Shown one piece after another: positions 27,025 through 37,200 of a stretch of 64,000 nt of DNA; position 1 is the stretch's first letter, and the number at the start of each line of letters is the position of its first letter. Where the stretch lies: assembly GCA_965223435.1 (NCBI GenBank), contig CBDCWQ010000023.1, forward strand, positions 790,694 through 854,693, given 5' to 3'. The notes under the pieces are model-generated. The model was not told the DNA's origin, made no database searches, and saw nothing but the letters and a program-made list of their open reading frames with translations. Both the position numbers and the translations under genes were made by a program. Source of the stretch: Myxococcota bacterium. GTDB lineage: Bacteria; Myxococcota; Kuafuiibacteriia; Kuafuiibacteriales; Kuafuiibacteriaceae.

Positions 27025-27870
27025 TCATGAGGCTCCCGCTGCGGTCCGGTCGATTTGTTTCTTGATGGTTTCTTCGATAAAGACCCTGTTTGAGAGGGTC
27101 ACCGTGCCTGTGTCTTGCTCGAGGACGACTGCGGTTGGGGTGATGGAACGGAGGGTTCCTGTTTCGCCTTTGACCTCGATGGTGTCACCGATTCGGAATA
27201 CCTTTCTCGCATAAAATCCGGCGAGCATGTTGCGGGTGATGTCGCGGGTCCCCAGCCCAAAAGAAAGGCCAAAGGCAAGCGCTGCCCCGGCGAGAATTCC
27301 GGCGGACAGCAAACGGATGATATCGGTGTCAAGTTTGAGCTGGCCAACGGCCATCACACCGATGACAAAGATGATTCCGCCCGATACGATGTTGCCCAGC
27401 GAAGAGGCAAAATCAATCCCCGCGTTTTTGGCGTTTTGGGTGATGATACGACCGGAAAATTGCGCTGCCGTACCGCCGAAAACCAAGATCACGATGGCGG
27501 CACCCAGGTTAGGGAGATAGCCCAGGAATGACCCGATGGCCTCTGAAATGACCGTGAGCCCCAAAGCGTCGCATGCGGTTCGGGTAAACAAGACCAGCAA
27601 CAAGAAATAAACAACTCGAGGGACCAGTTCGCTCAGCTGGGACCGAACGCCCATGCGATCGATCATTTGTCGGATGCCTACTTTGGCTGAAAGGCTATCG
27701 ATTTTGATGCGGGCCAGAACCACCTGGAAAACCCGCGCGATGATTTTTGCCACGAACAGCGCGCCAATAAACAGGAGGATTCCCGTTGCGATTTTGGGGA
27801 TCCACGCGGCAGCGGTCTCGAAAAACTCAGTGAATGACGAAGTGAGGCTGTTGATAACCTTGTCGAGCAT
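27025..27870 (-). CDS. MscS-family mechanosensitive channel-like membrane protein.
   Basis: Multiple TM helices. C-terminal 'IGDTIEVKGETGTLRSITPTAVVLEQDTGTVTLSNRVF' MscS beta-domain signature. Start MLDKVIN at ATG 27870 (the track ORF extends to 27924). Confidence 0.7.
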   Translation of the reverse strand: MLDKVINSLTSSFTEFFETAAAWIPKIATGILLFIGALFVAKIIARVFQVVLARIKIDSLSAKVGIRQMIDRMGVRSQLSELVPRVVYFLLLVLFTRTACDALGLTVISEAIGSFLGYLPNLGAAIVILVFGGTAAQFSGRIITQNAKNAGIDFASSLGNIVSGGIIFVIGVMAVGQLKLDTDIIRLLSAGILAGAALAFGLSFGLGTRDITRNMLAGFYARKVFRIGDTIEVKGETGTLRSITPTAVVLEQDTGTVTLSNRVFIEETIKKQIDRTAAGAS

Positions 27871-27872
27871 GT

Positions 27873-28100
27873 TTATCCTTTGGGGTCTGTGCGTTGAAAA
27901 CCGAGTGCTTCGAAGAGGGTACAAACGTACTCTACCAAGACCTTGGTCCAGCCGTGGTAGGGCACCTCGGCGATTTGCGAAGCGAGTTGTCGTCTGAAGA
28001 TCGTCCGACGAACGCGCTCTACAAAACGTGCCTCGGGGAGATCCTCGAGGGCTTTGAGATCGAGGGGGCGGTCCGTCCCGTTGTCCAAGTCGTCCGTCAT
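27873..28100 (-). CDS. Small 75-aa protein encoded directly downstream of the ECF sigma factor. Candidate anti-sigma/regulatory partner.
   Basis: Start overlaps the sigma-gene stop (TGATG). No recognisable motif; assignment is by genomic context only. Confidence 0.3.
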   Translation of the reverse strand: MTDDLDNGTDRPLDLKALEDLPEARFVERVRRTIFRRQLASQIAEVPYHGWTKVLVEYVCTLFEALGFQRTDPKG

Positions 28101-28723
28101 CAGGTCAACTCATTCGCGCCGGCTCTGGGCTCGAGTTCTTGGTAGCGGCGACGAAAGGCCTCTCGACCGCGTTTGATGCGCATCTTGGTCGCCGATAACG
28201 TGATGCCGAGCTTTTGGGAGATCTCTTCGTAGCTGAGGCCATCCAGATCGCGGAGCACCACGGGTATGCGGAGCGTGTCACCCAGGCTATCGAGCACGTA
28301 CGTGATTCTTGCTTGTTCTTGGGTTCGACCGACCATTTGTTCAGCCACAGGCGGTGTCTGCATTTCAGGCCTCGCCTCGATACTGGGGTCCACCATGTCC
28401 ACGTGGGTTCTTTTTCGGTTCTTCGCCACATAGTTGAGGCAGTGGTTGATCTTGATTCTCTGCAGCCAGGTTTTGAATGTGGCTCGGTGTTCGAATTTTT
28501 CGATGCCAAAGAACGCCTTCACAAAAACTTCTTGGGCGAGGTCCTCGGCATCTTGAGGGGCTCCAGTCATGTGTCTACAGTTGGCTTGGATATGGCCTTG
28601 GTGGCGGGCCACCAAGGTTTCGAACGCCCAAAGGTCATCCCGAGGCCCCGAAACGGTGCGCTCGACGAGCTCTTCGTCGGCCATCGCACCCAGGCTCTTC
28701 TTGGTGGGCCTTCCTTTGTCCAT
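28100..28723 (-). CDS. ECF-type RNA polymerase sigma-70 family factor.
   Basis: Region 2 'DLAQEVFVKAFFGIEKFEHRATFKTWLQRIKINHCLNYVAKNRKR' and region 4 'LSYEEISQKLGITLSATKMRIKRGREAFR'. Confidence 0.85.
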   Translation of the reverse strand: MDKGRPTKKSLGAMADEELVERTVSGPRDDLWAFETLVARHQGHIQANCRHMTGAPQDAEDLAQEVFVKAFFGIEKFEHRATFKTWLQRIKINHCLNYVAKNRKRTHVDMVDPSIEARPEMQTPPVAEQMVGRTQEQARITYVLDSLGDTLRIPVVLRDLDGLSYEEISQKLGITLSATKMRIKRGREAFRRRYQELEPRAGANELT

Positions 28724-29100
28724 GCCTTCCTATCGTTGGCGAACCCTTCGACCAGAGCTCTGCCCCAAAAGTCACATCCGCACGCGTGGCCGCTGGCCGA
28801 CAAGAAAATCCAGTCGTTCTGACCCGTTCCGGGGCCTTTTCTGCCCCCGCCGGCACACGGTCCTCGTCTTATCCTCACCTGGGGTTCGATAGGGAGCCCT
28901 TCGTTGCTGGCGTGCGGCCTGGAAAATCAGCTTCGCCCTCCTGCCGGGGGCCCGGCGGACAGGGTGAGAACTATGGGAATTTACCCTGTTTGTCTCGCGG
29001 CTGCGATGGGCAGGCCGCCCGTCGGGTTGTGTTGTCGGTGGCAAGCCGCCAAGCTCAGCCGGTGTCGACCGAGGGTGTGAGCCCCAGCGTGCCGCGGAAA

Positions 29101-31239
29101 ATGCCTGGCATGGAGTATCTGGACAGGGTTCCCCAGTCTGCGATCCTTCTTTTTGGCATTCAGCTTGAGCGAAACGCTGCGTACCAGTCTTTCAAACAGC
29201 GGTTTCCCGGAGCCCAGCACTTGAGCTTGGACGGAGGCCTCAAAAAAAACCTCAAGGGAAAAAAGAGGGGACAACGGACCTGGCAAGCCATCGAAGACCT
29301 CAAAAAAGCCCAACCCCAGGTCATCTTGGTGGTGCAAAACTACCGCTATCTCAAACTTTTGGCATTGACCGCCTCGGGCGCGATCGTTCTCGTCTATCGG
29401 GCCGGACGCATCACCCCCTTTGGGCTGCTTGGGGCTGCCATACCCATGGAGCGCACCTTGCGGGCGCGCGCCCAAAACGGAGCCCGTCGCCTTTTGAGCA
29501 CGGTGCTCAAACCCAAGGTTCCTGAGCCCATCGGCGCGGGAAACGATTACAGTTTCATCAAGCGTCGGGTCAAGACCGACTCCCCTGCATCTTGGCACCT
29601 GAAGCTTTCGGTGGTGATTCCCGTCTACAACCGCAAAGCGGTTCTCGACAAAACGCTGGCGGGTCTTTGTCTTCAGACCTACCCCAAGGACCTGTTTGAG
29701 GTCATCGTCAGCGATGATGGGAGCTCAGACAACCCCAACTCTGTCATCGACCGGTATCGTGACCGGCTCAACATACGTTACGTTTGCCAAGAAGATCTCG
29801 GTTTCCGAGCCGCCAAAGCGCGCAACCGGGCCATTTTGGCGGCCGACGGTGAGGTGATCGTATGCCTTGATTGCGATATGCTGCCACCGCCTGGGTACCT
29901 CGCTGCCATGGCAAGGTGGTTTCACGTATACGACGGCCCCCTTGCGGTGATAGGCTACCGGAAGTTTGTCAACACCGATGATGTGAACGCCGATGAGATT
30001 CTCGCCGACTTCGGGGTGGTGCATCGCCTCCCACCGGTGCCCGCACCGCTTGCCATTCGCGTCAGAGATCGCCCCTATGAGGACTGGAGGGTTGCGTCCA
30101 CCGAGAAGTCAGAAGGCTTGAAGACCCACCGCGTCCCGTATAGCGTATGCGCTTCGGGCAATGTGGCTTTTGGGCGTCAGTTGGCGCTTGATGCCGGGCT
30201 TTTTGACGAGGCTTTTTGCCAGTGGGGTGGAGAGGATATGGCTTTTGCCTATCAGCTTTATCGCCGTGGTGCGTACTTCGTCTACGAACCCCGCGCCGAT
30301 GCGTACCACCAAGACCATCCGGACTACGCCCGCCGCGCCGAATCGCAAAAAGCGTCGCGCAGGATGCTGGGTAGACGGGTGCCGTTTTGGCGAAAATTTG
30401 TCGAGGACCGCGAAGGCCCCTTCGAGGGCCCAAAGGTTTCGGTCTACATACCGGCCTACAACTGTGATGCCTGGCTGGTACGCACCATCGAAAGCGCCCT
30501 TTGCCAGACGCTCGAAGACCTCGAAGTCTGCGTATGCAACGATGGCTCGACCGACCGAACGCAAGAGGTGCTTGAGACGCACTATGGCAGTCATCCGCGG
30601 GTTCGCTTTGTGACTCAAGAAAACCAGGGCATCGCCGCTGCGTCTCGAGCCGCGGTTGATTTGTGCCGAGGGGAGTACATTCTTCAACTGGACTCTGACG
30701 ACGAACTTTTACCCTACGCGGCCGAGACGCTGGCCGCGGTCCTTGACAGCGATGTCTCTATCGCATTGGCGTACGGCGGTTTCGAAATTCACGATCCCGG
30801 GGGCCTCCTGTATGAAAAAAAAGAGTCGGTGCCTCAAGCTTTTGACAGCTTTGATCTCCTTCTTGGCTGCGTGACCTCCGCGCCGCGGATGTTTCGGGCC
30901 CGAGACTACTACCGCACCGAGGGCTTCGACCGTTCTTTGCTCAATGCCGTGGACTACGATATCTACCTGAAATTGGCAGAACAGGGCCGCGTACAGGCGG
31001 TTCCTGAGGTTCTTTACCGCTACTACGTGCACGGTCAAAACACCTCATTTCGTGAGCGCGCCACCCAGTTCAAGAACCATCGCAAGGTGGTCGAAAACGC
31101 GCTCAAACGGCGGGGACTGGACTGGGAGATTACCGTGCCGGATCCGTCTCGGCCGCGGGGGCTGCGTTTACACCCACCCGGGGGCCTGTTCCGCAGCGCG
31201 CTCACCCATCTGGCGTTTATGGTCGCGGAGTCGAAGTAG
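29101..31239 (+). CDS. Tandem two-domain family-2 glycosyltransferase (GT2-GT2, ~712 aa).
   Basis: Two GT-A cores: 'LSVVIPVYNRKAVLDKTLAGLCLQTYPKDLFEVIVSDDGSSD…VIVCLDCDMLPPPGY' and 'VSVYIPAYNCDAWLVRTIESALCQTLEDLEVCVCNDGSTDRT…ILQLDSDDELLPYA'. The track ORF 28477..31239 extends through non-coding upstream sequence. First plausible ATG is 29101 (MPGMEYL). Confidence 0.8.
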   Translation: MPGMEYLDRVPQSAILLFGIQLERNAAYQSFKQRFPGAQHLSLDGGLKKNLKGKKRGQRTWQAIEDLKKAQPQVILVVQNYRYLKLLALTASGAIVLVYRAGRITPFGLLGAAIPMERTLRARAQNGARRLLSTVLKPKVPEPIGAGNDYSFIKRRVKTDSPASWHLKLSVVIPVYNRKAVLDKTLAGLCLQTYPKDLFEVIVSDDGSSDNPNSVIDRYRDRLNIRYVCQEDLGFRAAKARNRAILAADGEVIVCLDCDMLPPPGYLAAMARWFHVYDGPLAVIGYRKFVNTDDVNADEILADFGVVHRLPPVPAPLAIRVRDRPYEDWRVASTEKSEGLKTHRVPYSVCASGNVAFGRQLALDAGLFDEAFCQWGGEDMAFAYQLYRRGAYFVYEPRADAYHQDHPDYARRAESQKASRRMLGRRVPFWRKFVEDREGPFEGPKVSVYIPAYNCDAWLVRTIESALCQTLEDLEVCVCNDGSTDRTQEVLETHYGSHPRVRFVTQENQGIAAASRAAVDLCRGEYILQLDSDDELLPYAAETLAAVLDSDVSIALAYGGFEIHDPGGLLYEKKESVPQAFDSFDLLLGCVTSAPRMFRARDYYRTEGFDRSLLNAVDYDIYLKLAEQGRVQAVPEVLYRYYVHGQNTSFRERATQFKNHRKVVENALKRRGLDWEITVPDPSRPRGLRLHPPGGLFRSALTHLAFMVAESK

Positions 31240-31245
31240 ACGCCC

Positions 31246-31262
31246 CTGATCCATGGGATCAG
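31246..31262. terminator. Short inverted repeat (ctgatcc-atg-ggatcag) in the 19-bp gap between the convergent GT2 and giant-paralog-B stops.
   Basis: 7-bp stem. The only intergenic sequence between two convergent stop codons. Confidence 0.25.
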
Positions 31263-34200
31263 TCGGGGCCGCCCACCAACCATTTGGTTTCAAGGAGGCC
31301 TTTGGGACCAATGGTTTCTTTGTACGATTTGAGCGTTGTCCCTGTGGGGTCGACGACCTTGATGTAGCGCTTCCCGTACCCTGGGTTGTTCGCGGCGTGG
31401 AAGAACTCGAAGCGGTAGTTGCCGTCGGGCAGTTTCTCGGTTCGGAAATGTTGGCCCTTGTCCTTGGCGTGGCGGTAAAACTGGTTGGCGCTTGTTCTCA
31501 GGCCACCGGTGAATCCTTTTCGCGCTTCCTGTCGTGAAAGGAAATGGATCGTTGGATTTGTGGAGACCTCAGAAGAAATGGGTCTTTTCAAAGGCACGGT
31601 GAAAATGTTTCCGGTTCGGCCCAGGCTGATTTTTGTGGCCGATGCGAACTTTGGGGCGGTGGTGCTGGCAACCTTGACAAAACCCAAACCCGCGAGGGCG
31701 GCGGTTCCAAGCACGGCACCTACTTTGGCGACGGGAATGGGGGCCAGACCCAAAAGGTCGAGCAAGGTGATGGGGATGGCTTCGCCATTGCCCTCGTAGG
31801 GGTAGTGCACGCTAAACGCGACGGCTTGGTCGCCTTGGTCGTCTTCGTACTCGAGGAGAATTTGAATCACCGGACAATCGGGATTGGTGTAACACTGGGA
31901 AAGATCGATGTTGTCGAGTGTTTCCTTGGTCTCCTCGTCGGCGTAGAGTCGTTCTTCTTCGTGCAATCGCTCGAGGTAGTCTGCAAGGCTGTAGATGCCG
32001 TGATCCTCAAGCTCTTCCCAAAAATCGGGGTCAATGAAAAGACCGCGTGGAAGTCGACCGTCACTGGCGAGACCCTCGAGGCTGTTGCCTGATTCGGGTG
32101 CTACGTTGACCGTGGGGCGGTTTTCGTTATGAATCGCAACGAAGATCAGGTCATCAACAAAAGACTGCCCGTCGTACACTTTGCCCGGCACCAGATCCGT
32201 TGAAAAGTCATTGTATTGGGCACGGAGTGTGCCCTGGTAGTGCTCCCTATCATCGGGATGGTGTGCGCCTTCTTGGAACCTGAGGTTGATGACCGTCTGG
32301 GCACGGGCATCCTCCGTGCCGTACCCCCAAACCGCGTTGATCTTTTGGGTGAACCGGGTCCGGTACGACTGACCGCCGCTGCCCACGGCGACATGCACCA
32401 GACGCTTGAGCTTCTGAATCGCTTCTTCCCTGGCATCAAGCTCCTGCTGGTAAGGCTCGGCACCCCGGAAGGGCCAAAAGGCGTCCACAATGGCTTCGTA
32501 GGCTTCGAGCCTGGTGCCTGACAGGTAGAGCCGGTCCAGCGCGTATCGTGTATCGCCTGTTTTTTCGAGGAAGCTTCGAATCTCTTTGAGCACCACCATT
32601 TCGTAAAAAACGCTTTGGGCCTCAGCGCGCACCCAGGCGTTGAAGTGGGCTTCACGCCACGCTTTTTCTGACAAGGCCGCGCGTGACCATCCGGCGAGGG
32701 TACAGGTGCCGGAGCCATCCGCGCAGGCGTACACCTGGTCTTCGGTCTGTTGATGAAACAGGGGGTGATTGTGGGCGATGCGATGGGTCAGTTCGTGCGC
32801 AATGTGGCCAATCAACCGTTCGGGGTTGAGGGCATGGCGTTCCGATATGAGCACGATTTGTTTGCCTACGGTTCCAGGAACAAAACCGGTTGGGCCGTCG
32901 GTCCACTTCATTTTCAAGCCCCGATCGGGGAGCTGCCTCTGAAGCCAGTTGAACATTGCGGACCGGCCGATGACCTCTTTCACCAGGGGGACATTGAGTG
33001 GGCTGTGGGCGTCTACGATGCGTTTGATGTCTTCCCGTGTTTGCTCGTCGAGGTCCTCGCTTGAGGGTGCGTGGCCGAAGGTGTCGTCATCGGCGTGTGC
33101 TTGGGTTGCTCCGAGCGGCTGTTTTCGGGGCTCGTTTGGACGTTCCTCGGCGTCGGGGAAATGCAACACCCGAGTCTCGATGAGGCCTCCATCGGTTTGA
33201 TTGATAAACTCCAGGGTGATGACCTTCTGGGGAGGGGAGAACGCCGACTCAGGGAACCCGGGAATGCCGCCGCATACCCGCAGCATCGAAGAGGCGCGCG
33301 GGACCAGGGTACGCTCGGGTACGCCGAGCGTTTCAGCCGGTTGGCCGTCCAAGAGGATATTGAGCCAAGAGGAGTCACTTCGCGCGGACCAGACGATGTT
33401 ATGGTCCCCAGTGTTTTCCAGGGGAACGTCCGCACACGGGCTGTGTTTCGAGATGGCTGGGATGGGGGCGGGGAGGCCAAGGCCTGAAGCACTTTGGACC
33501 AAATAGTCGGCGACCCGATGCATTTGACCGTCCACGTTGCGGGTGGCGGCGGCCGTGGCCTCCAACAACGGTGCGCACCGTTCGTCCTCGCCAAGGGCCC
33601 GGCAGCCTAGGAGGAAGTACACGAGTTCGTTGAAGCGGCCTAGGGTTTGGAATTCGCCCACTTCCTGTACGCCCATGGCGCCGCGCCCGCTCTGGTCGTG
33701 GACGGCGGCCAGGGTGCCGGGGTGAAGTCGGGTGTGAACCCAAGTCCCGTGTGGGCTGGTCACCCGGTGCTCGGTGGGACCCTCGGTTGACCCCCCGAGT
33801 CCGCTTCGGGTCAGGACCGTAAGCAGGTCGGCTTTGAAGCCGAGGTAAGGGCTCAAAATGCTCTGGGGCGCATGGGCTTGAATGTCCGCGGCATCCAGGC
33901 GAACGTCACCGATTTCTTGGTATGTGGTGTACGCTGTGTGGGCGACGATGCGTACCGACGAGTCCATATCCAAGAGGGCTTGGTTTGCGGCGCCCACGAT
34001 GCGATCGATGTCTTCGTTGAGTGCATCGACGCCCCCCGATTCTCGGACGGCAGAAGCCGTATAGAGAATGGCCATGTCGATGACGAGGGCATTTTCCTCG
34101 ATGGTGGGGTCCGAGTCGGGGATGCCGGGTCCGGGCGAGGCCTTGCCCCCGACCAAGGGGCGTCGGTACGCGCGGGGGAACACGGACGGGATCTGGGGAA

Positions 34201-37200
34201 GTTGCACATACCCAGAAAGGAAACTTCGGGTTTGGGGGGTGCTCAGCACCACGGCATACATGGGGTCGAATCTGTCTTGGGTGGGTGCGCGCTGAAAATA
34301 GGCTTCGAGCAGCCCGAGATCCTCGTAGGGTGACGCCTTAGCGCAGGCATCGATGCGATGCTGCTCAGCCTCCTCGACGGAAAGCGCGAGGAAGTCTTCG
34401 GGACTGAGCGTCTGGGCGTCGAATCGAAAAACTTCGTAACACACTTCTTTGCCAGGCAGCTCGGTGTTTCCGACCTCTTCGCTTGCGGGCAACACAAAGT
34501 GAACTCGGGGGTTTTTGGGTGTCGCCAGTTCGGTCCCTACCGACGGATTTACGGGGTCAAGAATCGCGGTCGCAAGACCGACTTGGTGAAGGGCCAGTTC
34601 GTTTTTGGGGGTTCCGGTTGCCGAAATATGCACCCGGGGGTCGTTCGGCTCTACAAAGGTAAATCCAGCCTTGTACGCATCAGCTTTTTCTTGGCTCAAT
34701 CCGACGGCGTTCATCATGGACATCAAGTGGGTCTCCAACAGGAGTCCGCTTCGCATGGCACGGTGCACAATAGACGGATCAAGGCCCGCTTGCCGGGCCA
34801 GCTTCGGAAGTTGGCCGCCGGCCTCGGCATTGATGAATCGGCGCAAATGCCCGGCGTTGGTGGCTTCGGCGGAACCGATGACCCCCACCCCAGGCTCTAA
34901 CATCTTCCACGCTTCGGGTAGGGGTTCTCGGGTCGGTATGCCCCCGAGTGCATATCGGGTTTGATGCTCGGGACCTTGGAGCACAAGGTATTCCAGGGCT
35001 TTGCGTCCGGACGCTTCCAGGGAGGCTTTGTTTCCAAGGCCGATGAAGTTGATGCCTTCGACTTCGAACCAGGGCGTTCTACCCAGGTGTCTTTGCTCGA
35101 GGAGCGCGTCTTGGAGGGTTGTTTGCCAGTGCGTTTGGAGCTGTTCTTTTCGCTGGGCGACAGACAGATCCGCGCTGAGTTCGACCGGGTCCGCTTCTCG
35201 AATGAAATCGAAGCTTACCGGGCCCTTGGGCGCCTGGACAATCTGGGTGTTTCCGTGAAGCGAATCGCCGTAGCTGTGGGGCGACGGGACATCGTCTCGG
35301 GTGAGTTGGTAGATGCGCTGGGTCAACTCAAAGGCGTCGTGAGGGTGCTCGATGAGGGCGGCCAGTCGAGAGGGGTCCTCGCTGGTTCCAGTACGGGCTA
35401 CGAGCAGAGCTTTGAAGTGGGCGCTGGCGGCTTCGCAAGAGAGTCCCAACGAACGGTTCAGATCCAAGCCGGTGAGGGCGCCTTGGTTTCGGCTTTCGCA
35501 GAGGTTTTGGAGCGCCCAAACCGTATAAGCCACCCGGTGGCTGTAGGTCTCTTCCCGGTAAAAACTGCGCCACCTCTCAACCGGAACACCTTCGTGCAGG
35601 GCTTCGGCCAGGGCGACCAGCTGGACCATACGGTTCATCCCGGTGTCGAAGCTTTGGGGCCGGTAGGGTGACAAAAAGAGGCTGAGCAGGGTATCCAATC
35701 CCTGCTGCTCGATGCGGCGCTGGACCCTTTCTTCCCAATGGAGGGCGCTTGGGCTTCGTACGAAGGCCACCGGGCTGGCGGTGACCCCAAACAGGTCTTT
35801 GGGATGTTCGGCCAACAGCATGGCCGCCATCGAACCCGGACCCGCCGATGCCGAAAGCAGGGTTTCAAGGCGGCTCCACGCCAGTTGCTCGAGCCGCGGG
35901 TCGATGCGTGCGCCGCCGCGCTCGGCGAGGACGACCAGGGCGAAGGAATTCGAAAAGTCAAAGCCCTTGCCGTCTGCCCACGTGTCCTTCAGCGCATGGG
36001 TCAGTCCGGCCAGGCGGTCCAGCGACAGGTGCGCGCGCCGTACAAGACCTCTTTCGAGCGCGAACAAGGTGTAGAGCGCATGCATGCCGATGCTGTCTTC
36101 GGTGGCATCGACCTTCTGTTCGTCGGATGGGTCTTGGATAAACCGCAAGGGTCGATCGTCTTGCCAAAAAGCATTCTCAAGTTTGTCCTCGACCGAGCGT
36201 TTGAGATCTTTTGCGAGGGCTCGGCCCTTTGGGTCTGGCAGAACCTCGGCTGCCCGGGCAAAGGCAAAATACGCATAGACATGGTCACGGAGCGAGGCGG
36301 ACGCAAAAACGGGAAGGGATACGTCTTCCGGATGGGGTTCTTCGGCGTTTCCTTCGAGGGCCTTTGCCCACGCCTCGGGAAAGCCGTTTCCGCTTTGGAA
36401 AAAACCTTCCAGGGGGTGCCCGGCTTCCTGGTGGAAATAGGCTGTCCGCATCGATTGCTGAAGTTTGAGGATGTGCTCGGCCAGCGTCTGGGCACGCGCC
36501 GGGTGCACCGGTTCGAGGGCCCGGTGGAGGGTCGCCAAGGCGTACAGCGCCATCATTTGGCTTCCGGTTTGATAGTAGGGCGCCACCGCGACCCCGGTTT
36601 CCGCGTCGACGGCGTAGGGAATCAGAGCCAGTGGGTTTTCGGGATGAAACACAGTCTGGGTGACCCGCTTTAAGGCCCAGCCCCAGGCCCAAGCCTGCTC
36701 GAGATCCCCTCGGTGGACGGCGGCCAGAACCGCCAGCGCTTGGTCTTCGGTTCGGGTGATGGGACGGGCCCCTTCTTGGTCCGATTTCGTATACCCCGAC
36801 ACCAACAGGGCCAGGTCCTTTGCGTGGGCGGCGGCGATGGTGTTTTGGGCGTGGTCTTTCAGTTCGAAGGTTTCGCTGTCGGCTCCGTGGATGAACCATT
36901 CACCCTTTTTTCCCGAGTAGCGTGGCGTAGGCTGGTAGACCGCGTGGGCTGAGGTGGCATTCTGAATGCTGGTTGGGCCCCCGGTGGTGGCGAGTATCTC
37001 GCCCGAGCCTCGTCGAAGACGTGCGATTTTGGTCGAGAGGGTGAACCGGTGGGCGTCCCCAAGAAAGACCACCGCGTCTTCTTGTTTGAGCGCGGTTTCA
37101 AAGTGACCGCTTTCGTCGAGGGGGACGTCTTTCACAAAAAGCTCTCGCCCCTCCTGCCGAATGGAAAGTAAGACGCCAAGCTCGGGCCCGATTTCGATGC

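Noticed and set aside
28724-29100. ECF-type GGAAC -35 element upstream of the sigma-factor gene (minus strand ~28820)
   Set aside because: GGAAC is present, but no convincing -10 at 16–17-nt spacing. Left unannotated.
29240-29275. A7/A6 tracts near the 5' end of the GT2 gene as a phase-variation switch
   Set aside because: The tracts are short, at most 8 nt. They would be in-frame Lys codons if the start is 29101. No evidence of variability.
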